A DNA stretch of 64,000 bases. Origin: Candidatus Oxydemutator sp. GTDB taxonomy: Bacteria; Pseudomonadota; Gammaproteobacteria; Poriferisulfidales; Oxydemutatoraceae. The first letter of the stretch is position 1; each line of letters begins with the position of its first letter. The stretch lies in NCBI GenBank assembly GCA_965203445.1, contig OZ241883.1, positions 192,001 through 256,000 on the forward strand, written 5' to 3'. The notes under the pieces were generated by a model, which worked only from the letters and a program-made list of their open reading frames with translations, did no database searches and was not told the origin of the DNA. A program made the translations under genes and the position numbers. Of the stretch, positions 29,522 through 40,700 are shown piece by piece.

Positions 29522-30799
29522 TCAATGCGCGCGTTCGCGCGCAAAGTGATTCTCTATGCACGACGGCAGTTCGCCCAGCGGCTTTCTCTGCTGCCCGCGG
29601 CCGCCGCGCAGGTCCTTGACGGTCACGACGCCGTCGCGCACCTCGTCGTCGCCGATAATCAGCGCCAGTTTCGAGCGCGATTTGTCGGCGTGGCGCAGCT
29701 GCGCCTTGAGGCTGCCGCCGCCGCAGTGCACCATCAGCCTGAGGCGCGGCATGCGCTCGCGCAACTGCCGCGCCACGCGCAGCGTCTGGCGGCGCGCCGG
29801 CTCGCCGACGGCCACCGCGTAGACGTCGACGTCGCCGCCGTCCGACGCGCGGCGCTCGAGCAGCAGCGCGATGCGCTCCACGCCGAAGGCGCAGCCCACG
29901 GCCGGCGTCGCGCGCCCGCCGAGGCGTTCGACCAGCCCGTCGTAACGCCCGCCGGCGCACACCGCCGACTGCGAACCGCCGTCGGGGACGACCCACTCGA
30001 ACACGGTTTTGGTGTAGTAGTCGAGGCCGCGCACCAGCAACGGGTCCAGCGTGAACGCGACGCCGAGGTCGTCCAGCGCGCGTTGCAGTTCATCGAAATG
30101 GGCGCGCGATTCGGGGTCGAGGTAATCGCTGATCAGGGGCGCGCCGCGCGTCGCTTCGCGCACCGCCGGATCCTTGCTGTCGAGCAGCCTCAGCGGGTTG
30201 TCGCGCAGGCGCAGACGCGCCTCGTCGGTCAGCGCCGAGGCGCGCGTCTCCAGGTGGGCTACCAGTGCCTCGCGGTAGCGCGCGCGCACGTCCTCGGTGC
30301 CGAGCGAGTTCAGCCGGAGTCGCACGTCGCCGACGCCGAGGCGCCGGCGTACGCCGTCGGCCAGCGCGATGACCTCGGCGTCGGCGTCGGCGCCGGCGAC
30401 GCCGAAGACCTCGACGCCGGCCTGATGGAACTGGCGCCGGCGCCCTTTTTGCGGACGCTCGCGGCGAAAGAACGGGCCGGCGTACCACAGGCGACGGCCA
30501 CCGCCCAACAGGCCGTGCTCGATGGCGGCGCGCACGCAGCCGGCGGTGCCCTCGGGGCGCAGCGTCAGCGACTCGCCGTTGCGATCCTCGAAGGTGTACA
30601 TCTCCTTGCGCACGATGTCGCTGGTCTCGCCGATGGAACGCGCGAACAACCCGGTCTTCTCGAGCAGGGGCAGGCGGATTTCCCGGTAGCCGAACGACTC
30701 GAACGTGTCGACGCAGCAGGCCTCGACGCGCCTCAGCAACGCGCTTTCCCCGGGCAGGACGTCGGACATGCCGCGCACCGACCGCACGCAATCGTTCAT
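29522..30799 (-). CDS. hisS: histidine--tRNA ligase
   Basis: VRGMSD, KEMYTF, LRPEGTA, RERPQKGR.RQFHQ, LVRGLDYY, GGRYDGL. Confidence 0.97.
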   Translation of the reverse strand: MNDCVRSVRGMSDVLPGESALLRRVEACCVDTFESFGYREIRLPLLEKTGLFARSIGETSDIVRKEMYTFEDRNGESLTLRPEGTAGCVRAAIEHGLLGGGRRLWYAGPFFRRERPQKGRRRQFHQAGVEVFGVAGADADAEVIALADGVRRRLGVGDVRLRLNSLGTEDVRARYREALVAHLETRASALTDEARLRLRDNPLRLLDSKDPAVREATRGAPLISDYLDPESRAHFDELQRALDDLGVAFTLDPLLVRGLDYYTKTVFEWVVPDGGSQSAVCAGGRYDGLVERLGGRATPAVGCAFGVERIALLLERRASDGGDVDVYAVAVGEPARRQTLRVARQLRERMPRLRLMVHCGGGSLKAQLRHADKSRSKLALIIGDDEVRDGVVTVKDLRGGRGQQRKPLGELPSCIENHFARERAH

Positions 30800-31707
30800 C
30801 GCGCCCCCGGAACCTTTTCCAGGTGGAAAAAAGCGGTGTGGTTGAGCGGATGGACGTGCCGCGACAGGTCGTATTCCCGGCCGTCTATCCACAGGCGGAT
30901 GCCGCGCGCGTCGCCCAGCGCGAAGTACAGCGGCAGCGGCAGGCCGTCGAAGCTTCTATCATAGCCGGCGGGAATAATCCTGTGTATGACCACGTCGCGC
31001 GCGCCGTCGTGTATCAGCGCCCAACTGCGCGCGCCGGCGGTGATCTTCATATCCGCATACAGCGCGTCACCGCGGTCGGGCGCGGCCGCCTCCGCCACCG
31101 CGGGCGCCTCCGCCACCGTGGGCGCCTCTTTCTTGGCCGCGGCGGCGCGTTCCCAGGCGCCCGCGTCCGGGGCCTCCGGGGCCTCCGGGACGTCCGGAGC
31201 ATCCGACGTGGCCGGGGCGTCCGGCGTGGCCGGGGCGGTCGCCGCCGCACTGACGCCGTTTGCGGCGGCGTCCACCCGCGCCGCGCCGTCGTGTATCGGC
31301 ACCGTGTCCGACGTGCGTTGCAGTTGCGTCTCGCGCCACCACAAAGAGAGCAGCACGGTCACCACGGCCAGCACCGCGACCGTGCCCCAGACGCGCGTCA
31401 GCCTCTGGACGTGTTCGTTGACCACCGCGTCCTTCGGATGCGCGCCGGGCAGCGAATCGCCGCCCGACGCGGCGCCGCTCTCGTGCAGCGCCAGCACCGG
31501 CGCGGCGTCCACCCCGAGAAACTTGCAGTAGGAACGGATGTAGCCGCGAACGTAGACCGCCTCCGGCAGCTGCTTGTAATCGTCGCGTTCGAGACCCGCA
31601 ATCGTCGCCGCCGACAGGCGCAGCGCGCGCGCGACTTCCGCGACGGAAATCCCGCGCTTCTCCCTCTCGTAACCGAGATATTGCCCCGGCAGCCCCTGTC
31701 CAGCCAT
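30796..31707 (-). CDS. rodZ: cytoskeleton protein RodZ
   Basis: N-terminal HTH (YVRGYIRSY), TM, Ala/Pro linker, C-terminal periplasmic domain; extended -10 TGCTATAAT just upstream. Confidence 0.88.
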   Translation of the reverse strand: MAGQGLPGQYLGYEREKRGISVAEVARALRLSAATIAGLERDDYKQLPEAVYVRGYIRSYCKFLGVDAAPVLALHESGAASGGDSLPGAHPKDAVVNEHVQRLTRVWGTVAVLAVVTVLLSLWWRETQLQRTSDTVPIHDGAARVDAAANGVSAAATAPATPDAPATSDAPDVPEAPEAPDAGAWERAAAAKKEAPTVAEAPAVAEAAAPDRGDALYADMKITAGARSWALIHDGARDVVIHRIIPAGYDRSFDGLPLPLYFALGDARGIRLWIDGREYDLSRHVHPLNHTAFFHLEKVPGAR

Positions 31708-31768
31708 CTGTCGCCAAGATAAACGTTGCATTATAGCAAGGTGTCCGCACGCCCCCGCCCCCTGCCGA

Positions 31769-34450
31769 TCAATGCGCCTCATCCCAGTTGTCGCCGGCGG
31801 CGACGTCCGCGACCAGCGGCACCGCGAGTTCGGCCGCGCCCTCCATGCACGCGCGACACTGGCGCATCACCGGCTCCACCTGCTCGGCGGCCGCCTCCAG
31901 CACCAGTTCGTCGTGCACCTGCATGATGATCGCGGCGTCGGTGCCGGTGTGCGCGAGCCACCGGTGCAGGCCGATCATCGCGCGCTTGATGACGTCCGCC
32001 GCCGAACCCTGCATCGGCGCGTTGATGGCGGTGCGCTCGGCGTAGCGGCGGCGCTGCGGATTTTTCGCGTTGATCTCCGGCACGTAGAGGCGGCGTCCGA
32101 AGATCGTCTCGACGTAGCCGCGCGCGCGCGCCTCGTCGCGCGTGTGCTCCATGTAGCGCCGCACGCCCGGATAACGCTCGAAGTACGCGTCCACGTAGTC
32201 CTGCGCGGCGCGGCGCGCCAGCCCCAGCTGCTTTGCGAGACCGAAGGCCGACATGCCGTAGATGAGGCCGAAGTTGATCGCCTTGGCGATGCGCCGGCGG
32301 TCGGCGCCGACCTGATCCGGCGTCGTCGCAAAGACCTCGGCGGCGGTCGCCGCGTGCACGTCGCCGCCGCGCGCGAACACCTCGAGCAGGGCGGCGTCGC
32401 GCGACAGGTGCGCCATGATGCGCATCTCTATCTGCGAGTAGTCGGCGGCTATCAGCCTGCGCCCGGCGGCGGCGATGAACGCCCGGCGGATGCGGCGCCC
32501 GCGCGCGGTGCGCACCGGAATATTCTGCAGGTTGGGGTCGGACGACGACAGCCGCCCGGTGGCGGTAACCGCCTGGTGGTAGCAGGTGTGGACGCGCCCG
32601 CTGGCGGCGTGCACCATCGTCGGCAGCTTGTCGGTGTAGGTGGATTTGAGCTTGCTGAGCGAGCGAAACTCGAGAATGACGCGCGGCAGTTCGTAGTCGG
32701 CGGCGAGCTCGACCAGCACGTCCTCGGCCGTGGACGGCTGGCCCTTGGGCGTCTTCCTGATCATCGGCAGGCCGGCCTCGTCGAACAACACCTCCTGTAT
32801 CTGCTTCGGCGAATCCACGTTGAACTCGCGCCCCGCCAGCTCGAACGCGCGCCGCGAGACGCGCGCCGCGTCGGCGCCCAATTCAGCGCTCAGGCGCACC
32901 AGCAGTTCGCGGTCTATCAGCACGCCCCGACGCTCGACGTCGGCCAGCACCGGCAACAGCGGCATCTCGATCTCGCGATAGACCGAGGCCGGCGCGCCCT
33001 GCTTTTCAAGGAGCGGTTGCAGATGCCGGTGCAGGCGCATGCTCAGGCCGGCGCCCGCGGCCGCGTAGTCGCAGGCGCTCTTGAGCGCGACGCGCTTGAA
33101 CGACTTTTGTCTCGCGCCCTTGCCGGCGACGTCCTCGTAGCGCGGCGCGCGCACGCCCAGGTAGTGCTCGCCCAGGCCGGCCACGTCGTGGCGCGCCGCG
33201 ACCGAGTTATAGACGTACGACTCGAGCATGGCGTCGTCGCGGATGCCGCGCAGCCGGATGCCGTGGTTTTCGAGCACTTGGCGCGCGTATTTCAGGTCGT
33301 GGCCGATCTTGGCCGGCGTCTTCGCCTCGAGCAACGGGCGCAGCCGCTCGAGCACGCGCGCGCGCGGCAGCTGCGCCGGCGCGCCGTCGTAGTCGTGCGC
33401 CAACGGCACGTACGCCGCCTGCTCCCCGGCGAGCGCGAACGCCACGCCGACGATCTCGGCGCGCATGTAATCGGCGCCCGAGGCGTGCACCGCGAACGCG
33501 AAACAATCGCAGGCGGCGAGCCTTTCGAGCCATTGCCGCAGCGATGCCTCGCTCAGCACGAGCCGGTAGTCGCAGCGCGCGGCGGCGGCGGCGGGCGCCG
33601 CGGCCGTCGGCAGTTGCCTGAGCCAGGACGCAAAGCCGTGCTCCTCGAACAGCGCGCGCAACGCGGCGACGTCCGGCGCGCGCGGCCGTAGCGTATCGAA
33701 CGCGACCTCGAGCGCGAGGTCGCGGCGGATCGTCGTAAGCGTGCGGTACAGCGGCAACGCCTCGGCCGCGGCGCGCAGGTTTTCGCCGGCCTTGCCCTGG
33801 ATCTTCGCGGCGTTTGCGATGACGCCGTCCAGATCGCCGTACTCGGCGAGCCATCTGGCCGCGGTCTTAGGACCGACGCCGGGCACCCCCGGAATATTGT
33901 CGGACTTGTCGCCGCTCAGCGCCAGGAAGTCGGCGACGCGCTCCGGGGCGACGCCGAACTTGTCGCGCACCCTGGCGGCGTCGAGGCTCTCGCCCTTCAT
34001 CGTGTCGACCATGGTCACGCCGTCGCCGAGCAGCTGCGTCATGTCCTTGTCGCAGGTCGAGATGACGACCGCGCAGCCGCGCCGCACGCCGTCGCGCGCG
34101 AGCGTGCCGATGACGTCGTCGGCCTCGACGCCCGCCACCTGCAACAGCGGGTAGCCGGACGCCTCGATGATGCGAAACAGGGCCTGCACCTGCGCCTTCA
34201 GATCCTCCGGCGTAGGCGGGCGGTGCGCCTTGTAATCGGGAAACATTTCGTGGCGAAAGGTGCCGCCGCGCGCGTCGAAGACCACCGCCAGCCGCTGCGG
34301 CGCCTGCTGCCTGATCAACGCGCGCAGCATGTTGACGACGCCGTACACGGCCCCGGTCGGGCGCCCGTCGGGCGAACGCAACTCCGGCAGCGCGTTGTAG
34401 GCGCGGTGCAGATAGGAGGAACCGTCCACGAGAACGAGCTTTTCAGCCAT
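31769..34450 (-). CDS. polA: DNA polymerase I
   Basis: LVDGSSYL, EADDVIG, TGRLSSSDPNLQNIP, DYSQIE, KAINFGLIYG, QVHDEL. Confidence 0.97.
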   Translation of the reverse strand: MAEKLVLVDGSSYLHRAYNALPELRSPDGRPTGAVYGVVNMLRALIRQQAPQRLAVVFDARGGTFRHEMFPDYKAHRPPTPEDLKAQVQALFRIIEASGYPLLQVAGVEADDVIGTLARDGVRRGCAVVISTCDKDMTQLLGDGVTMVDTMKGESLDAARVRDKFGVAPERVADFLALSGDKSDNIPGVPGVGPKTAARWLAEYGDLDGVIANAAKIQGKAGENLRAAAEALPLYRTLTTIRRDLALEVAFDTLRPRAPDVAALRALFEEHGFASWLRQLPTAAAPAAAAARCDYRLVLSEASLRQWLERLAACDCFAFAVHASGADYMRAEIVGVAFALAGEQAAYVPLAHDYDGAPAQLPRARVLERLRPLLEAKTPAKIGHDLKYARQVLENHGIRLRGIRDDAMLESYVYNSVAARHDVAGLGEHYLGVRAPRYEDVAGKGARQKSFKRVALKSACDYAAAGAGLSMRLHRHLQPLLEKQGAPASVYREIEMPLLPVLADVERRGVLIDRELLVRLSAELGADAARVSRRAFELAGREFNVDSPKQIQEVLFDEAGLPMIRKTPKGQPSTAEDVLVELAADYELPRVILEFRSLSKLKSTYTDKLPTMVHAASGRVHTCYHQAVTATGRLSSSDPNLQNIPVRTARGRRIRRAFIAAAGRRLIAADYSQIEMRIMAHLSRDAALLEVFARGGDVHAATAAEVFATTPDQVGADRRRIAKAINFGLIYGMSAFGLAKQLGLARRAAQDYVDAYFERYPGVRRYMEHTRDEARARGYVETIFGRRLYVPEINAKNPQRRRYAERTAINAPMQGSAADVIKRAMIGLHRWLAHTGTDAAIIMQVHDELVLEAAAEQVEPVMRQCRACMEGAAELAVPLVADVAAGDNWDEAH

Positions 34451-34550
34451 CGGCATAGAATAACGTATCGGCGGCAACGCCGGCGGCGACCCGGTCGAAG
34501 AAATCAGGCGGCGACGCCGACACCGACGAAAAAAGTGGGGAATTGTGTGA

Positions 34551-34578
34551 CTGGGTTCCCGCTTTCGCGGGATGACGG
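34551..34578. repeat. REP-like palindrome
   Basis: CTGGGTTCCCGCTTTCGCGGGATGACGG; stem TCCCGC-TTTC-GCGGGA; resembles the GTCATTCCCGCG-type extragenic repeat family (recalled). Confidence 0.6.
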
Positions 34579-34745
34579 AGCGGCGGCTGCGCGTTTTGTC
34601 TTCAGCGCCGCGCCGGGGCGGGCGCGAGTTTCGTATTTATCGCTTGAAGTTGCTGATTTGGCAATGAAATATTCCCGACGAACGGTATCGTTTCAGCACG
34701 TGCAGCGGCGCCCCCACCGGAAAGGGGCACGGCCGAACTACCCGC

Positions 34746-37700
34746 TCAGGGCTGGCGGACGGCGCAGATCGCGCAGGCGGGGGCCGCGCTGCCGTTGGTA
34801 TTCAGAATAATGTAGTAACGGTCCGCCGAGAGCACCTCGCCGTCAAAATCCAGATCAGCGTTCATGCCGTAGCCGCCGGCGCCGATGATCGCCAGATTGC
34901 GCGTACGGATCACGGCTTCGTCGTCAGCGTCTATGTCGTTGTCGCGGTCCACGTCGCCTGCGAACATCGCATAGCGGCCGCCGGCCAGCACCGCCTGCCG
35001 GCTCGGATGCGATTGCCGGCTCCTGAAGTCAAAGCAGTAATCGGCGCCGGCGCAGCCCGTGCTGGTGGCGGTCGCCATCACCGACAGGTGGTTGCGGTGG
35101 TGCACCAGCACCCACAAGTCCTCGCTGGCGTCGTCTATGTCGAGCGTAAAGTCCACGCCCTCGGTGCGCAGCCGGTCGCCGTCAACGCCGGCGACGGTGC
35201 CGTCGCTCAGCAGCAGCGCCGCGGCGCGCGCCTGCGAGACGGTGGCGGAGGCGGCCCGCGCGCCCCGCGCCGTCTTGCGCAACTCCACCAGCACCCAATC
35301 CACGACCGTGTCGGTCACCGCGGCCAGGCCGAAATCACCGGCGCTCAATCCGGGCGCGGTAACCGACGGCGCGTTCCACGGCGCCGCCCCGTAAGGCTGG
35401 CTCGCCGGCAGGCGGCGTATCAGATCGGTGCTCATGCGCCCGCCGTCATACGCGCCCTGCAAAAACACCCCGACCTGCACCGTGTACTGCGACGCGCGCA
35501 TTATCTCCACGGTGTAAGTCCTGAAATATTCCGTCCCGCGCACCGTGCGGGTCACGGTTATCGTCGCGCGCGTCGTCTCGCCGGGGGTCAAATCCTGCGT
35601 TTCGCGGTCAAACCTCGCGCCATGGGTCCGTGTTACGTCGGAGACGGTGACCTCGGCGCTTCCCCGCGGCGTCCCGCTCACGGTCACCCGCGCCACGTCC
35701 GGCGACACTTCAACCGTGTAGTCGAGCGTAAGACCGTCGAAAGCGGGCGTCAGCGTGCCCGCCGACAGCGACAACGATTCCAGGCCGACCGTCAGATCGT
35801 CGCGCGCAACCCCCACCGTGTAGCCCCTTGTCGTTACCCCGTCCTGCGCCGTCACCACAAAGGTGACGCTGGTTACCGCGCCGCGCACAAGAGTAAGACT
35901 ATGGCTCGCGCCACGCCCCAACGTTGCGTCGTCCACCGTAATCGTGGCGTTGCCGTCGTTGGCCACCGGCGTCACTTCCACACGGGCCACGGTATCGGTT
36001 ACGCTCGCGCGATAGGCGAAGGTCGCGCTGTTGAAGGCCGGCTCCAATACGACACCGCCCGACAGCGCCAGGCTCGACAGGGTCGCATCCGACGACCCAG
36101 CCCGCGTCACCGTGATGACGTAGGCTTTCCTCGTAGTCCCGTCCTGCGCCGTTACCGTCGCCGTGACCGCGTTCGCACCGACCTCGAGTTCCACCGTCTC
36201 GCCCGGCTCGATCTCCACTTGAGCACCGGCGTGGCTCGCGGTCGCCGCAACCATCACGCTGCTGACCTCTGCGCCGACGCTCGCGCTATAGGCGGTGACC
36301 GCGCTGCTGAAGGTCGGATCCAATACGACGCCGTCCGACAGCGCCAGGGCCGACAAATTCGCATCCGACGACGCCGCGCGCGTCACCGTGATGACGTAGG
36401 CTTTCCTCGTAGTCCCGTCCTGCGCCGTTACCGTCGCCGTGACCGCGTTCGCACCGACACTGAGTTCCACCAACTCGCCCGGCTCGATCTCCACTTGAGC
36501 ACCGGCGTGGCTCGCGGTCGCCGCAACCATCACGCTGCTGACCTCCGCGCCGACGTTCGCGCTATAGGCGGTGACCGCGCTGCTGAAGGTCGGATCCAAT
36601 ACAATGCCGTCCGACAGCGCCAGGGCCGACAGATTCGCATCCGACGACGCCGCGCGCGTCACCGTGATCACGTAGGCTTTCCTCGTCATCCCGTCCTCGG
36701 CCGTTACCGTCGCCGTGACCGCGTTCGCACCGACCTCGAGTTCCACCGTCTCGCCCGGTTCGATCTCGACCTGAGCACCGGCGTGGCTCGCGGTCGCCGC
36801 AACCATCACGCTGCTGACCTCCGCGCCGACGTTCGCGCTATAGGCGGTGACCGCGCTGCTGAAGGTCGGATCCAATACAATGCCGCCCGACAGCGCCAAA
36901 TCCGACAGATTCGCATCCGACGACGCCGCGCGCGTCACCGTGATCACGTAGGCTTTCCTCGTAGTCCCGTCCTGCGCCGTTACCGTCGCCGTGACCGCGT
37001 TCGCACCGACACTGAGTTCCACCAACTCGCCCGGTTCGATCTCCACTTGAGCACCGGCGTGGCTCGCGGTCGCCGCTACCATCAGACTGCTCACCTCTGC
37101 ACCGACGCTCGCGCTGTAGGCGGTGACCGCGCTGCTGAAGGCCGGATCCAATACAACGCCGCCCGACAGCGCCAGGGCCGACAAATTCGCATCCGACGAC
37201 GCCGCGCGCGTCACCGTGATCACGTAGGCTTTCCTCGTAGTCCCGTCCTCGGCCGTTACCGTCGCCGTGACCGCGTTCTCGCCAACACTGAGTTCCACCA
37301 ACTCGCCCGGCTCGATCTCCACCGAAGCACCGGCGTGGCTCGCGGTCGCCGCAACCATCAGACTGCTGACCTCCGCGCCGACGCTCGCGCTATAGGCGGT
37401 GACCGCGCTGCTGAAGGCCGGATCCAATACAATGCCGTCCGACAGCGCCAAATCCGACAGATTCGCATCCGACGACGCCGCGCGCGTCACCGTGATCACG
37501 TAGGCTTTCCTCGTAGTCCCGTCCTGCGCCGTTACCGTCGCCGTGACCGCGTTCGCACCGACCTCGAGTTCCACCAACTCGCCCGGCTCGATCTCCACCG
37601 AAGCACCGGCGTGGCTGGCGGTCGCCGCAACCATCAGACTGCTGACCTCCGCGCCGACGCTCGCGCTATAAGTGGTGGTCACACTGCTGAAGGCCGGCTC

Positions 37701-40700
37701 CAATACAACCCCGCCCGACAGCGCCAGGGCCGACAAATTCGCATCCGACGACGCCGCGTCGCGCGTTATCTCCACGGTGTAGGTCCTCGAATATTCCGTC
37801 TCGCCCACCGTGCGGGTCACCGTTATCGTCGTGCGCGTCGTCTCGCCGGGGGTCAAATTCTGCGTTTCGTCGGCAAAACTCTCGTTGTCATAGGTGCGTT
37901 TTACGCTGGAGGCGGTGACCTCCGCCCTGCCCCTCGGCGTTCCGCTCACGGTTACCCGCGTTACCTCATATGGCACCTCGACCGTGTAACCAAGCGTCTG
38001 GCCGTCAAACTCAGGCACCAGCGTCCCCGGTGTAACCGACAACGATTCCAGCCCGACCGTCAGATCGTCGCGCGTAACCACCACCGTGTAGCCGTTCGTC
38101 GTAACCCCGTCCGGCGCCGTTACCACGATGGCGACGGTGGCGCTCAGGCCGCGCCCTATGGAGATGCTGCGGCCCGCGCCTCCGGCTACCGCCACCCCGT
38201 CAATCTCGACCGTGGCGTCGCCATCGTTGGCCATCGGCGTCACTTCCACGCTGGCCACGGTATCGGTTACGCTCGCGCTATAGACGAAGGTCGCGCTGCT
38301 GAAGGCCGGATCCAATACGCCACCACCCGACAGCGCCAGGGCCGACAGGGTCGCATCCGACGACAACACCGCCGATCTGTCCACGACGATCCGATACGCC
38401 TGCGTGGTTTCGTCCTCGGCCGTTACCGTGACCCCGATGGTGGTAACCCCGCCTTCCACAAGACTCACCTGGTGGCCGGGAACGTCATCGTCGGCGTCCG
38501 CCGGGGTGATGGCCACCGTCGCGCGCGCGTCTATGGACACCGCCGTCACCGTTACCACGCCCACCGCCGGCTGCACCCGTATGGCGTGCTCGGTTACGCC
38601 GCCGGCAAGATCGAACATCCGGCTCACGCCGACACCCGAAACCCCCAACTCGCTCAAACCCGCCTCCGACGACGCCGCGCGTGTCACCGTGATGACGTAG
38701 GCTTGCCTCGTAGTCCCGTCCTGCGCCGTTACCGTCGCCGTGACCGCGTTCTCGCCGACACTGAGTTCCACCAACTCGCCCGGCTCGATCTCTACCCGGG
38801 CACTGGCGTGGCTGGCGGTCGCCGCAACCATCACGCTGCTGACCTCCTCGCCGACGTTCGCGCTATAGGCGGTAACCGCGCTGCTGAAGGCCGGATCCAA
38901 TACAACGCCGCCCGACAGCGCCAGGGCCGACAGGTTCGCATTCGACGAAACCGCCCGGATAATATTCACGACGTAGGTGTTACTCGTACCGTCGCTCCCC
39001 GTAACCACAACCTCGACTCTGTTGGAACCGTGCGCCAAACCGTCGGGCAGACCGACGATCGTCGTCGCCTCGGCGGTCGCCGTCGTCGAACCGTCGCCCA
39101 CCGGATCGATTATCCGTATCGTCGTGTCTCTGGCTATGGCCGTCGCCCCGACCCGCACGCTGGCCACCGTCTCGGCGACGTTCAACGTGTAGTCGGCCCG
39201 CGTGGCGCGGAATCTCAAGAGGCCTACGGAAACCCTCAAGCCCGAAAGACGCGCGCGGCTCTTCGACACCGCGACGGTGTACGCTTTCATGGTGCCGTCC
39301 TGGGCCGTTACCGTAACCGTCAGCGTCGTCACACCGACTGGCAGCAGCGATATTTCCGCCCCGCTCCCCGCGGCGTTACGCACGTTCACCCACGAATAGT
39401 CCAGCGTCGCCGCAGAATCGGCGGGCGCCGCAAACACCGTAACCTCGTCCACCGAAAGCGGCTCGACGATCAACCTGTAGGACAACGTGTCCGCGTCGAA
39501 CTCGCCTATCGCAAACTCCCCTACCTCGGTCGCGGACACGCGCAAACTCCGCAAATCGGCGTTCGACGGCAACGGCCTGTCCAGCGTGATCCGGTAGGCC
39601 CGTCTTGTGGCGCCGTCCTCGGCCGTTACCGCGATATTGACCTCGGTTTCTTCGCCCGCGGTAAGACTCACTTGGTGGCCGGGAACGGCACCGTCGGCGT
39701 CGTCGGGCGTTATCGTCACGTCGGCACCACCGTGGCGGGCCACCGCGGTAACCGTCACAACGGCCGCCGCGGGCGCTGCCGTGATGGTGTGCCGGGTCAC
39801 GCCGCCGGCAAGCTCAAATAGCCGAACCACACCGTCTCCCGAAGAAATACCCAACTCGCTCAACTCCGCGTCCGACGACACCGATCGCGTTACCGTAATG
39901 ACGTAGGCTTTGCTCGTAACCCCGTTCTGTGCCGTCACCGTGGCCGTGATGACGTTCGCGCCGGGCGCAAGCTCCACCATCTCGCTCGGCTCGATACGCA
40001 CCGTGGCATTGACGTCCCTGGCAGTCGCCACCACCGCTATACGAAACACCGAGACGCCCACCGTGGCGGTGTAGCTTGTGCGGGTGGAGTAGAAAGACTC
40101 CGACAGAGAACCCGGCGATATGCCCAACGCCGACAGGTCGGCGTCGGACGACGGTTCTGCCCGAATTATATCCACGTAGTAGCTTCCGATAGTAGAACGA
40201 TCAACATCATGATTGGTGTTCCCCACGGCTATTCGCACGCTCGTCGTCCCCACCGGCAAATCGCCCACGTCCTGGGTGACGCGGTTCGATCCGGGTGCGA
40301 AGCTACGAGGGCGAGAAAGCAATAAGGTATCTCCTTGATAAAAGCGAATTCCATCGTAGGCTACGCCGCCCTCCGTATCCGGATTGAGCCCCATCGTAAC
40401 CCGCACGCTCGTCACCTGGTTCGGCACACGCACGACGTATCGGTTCTCGCTCCCCAAGCGACCACTGGCAAACGGCGGCACCAAGTGCCCCTGCGACACG
40501 TCCAACGTGGAGAGACGACCAAGAAACCCGAACCCGACGGCAGCGCGCACGACGTTGACGACGTAGGTGTTTCTCGTGCCGTCGCTCCCGGTAAGCGCGA
40601 TCTCCACTCTGTTGGAACCGTGGCGCAAACCGCCGGGCAGACCGATGATCGTCGCCGCCCCGCCGCTCGCCGTTATCGAACCGTCGCCCACAGGATCGGT

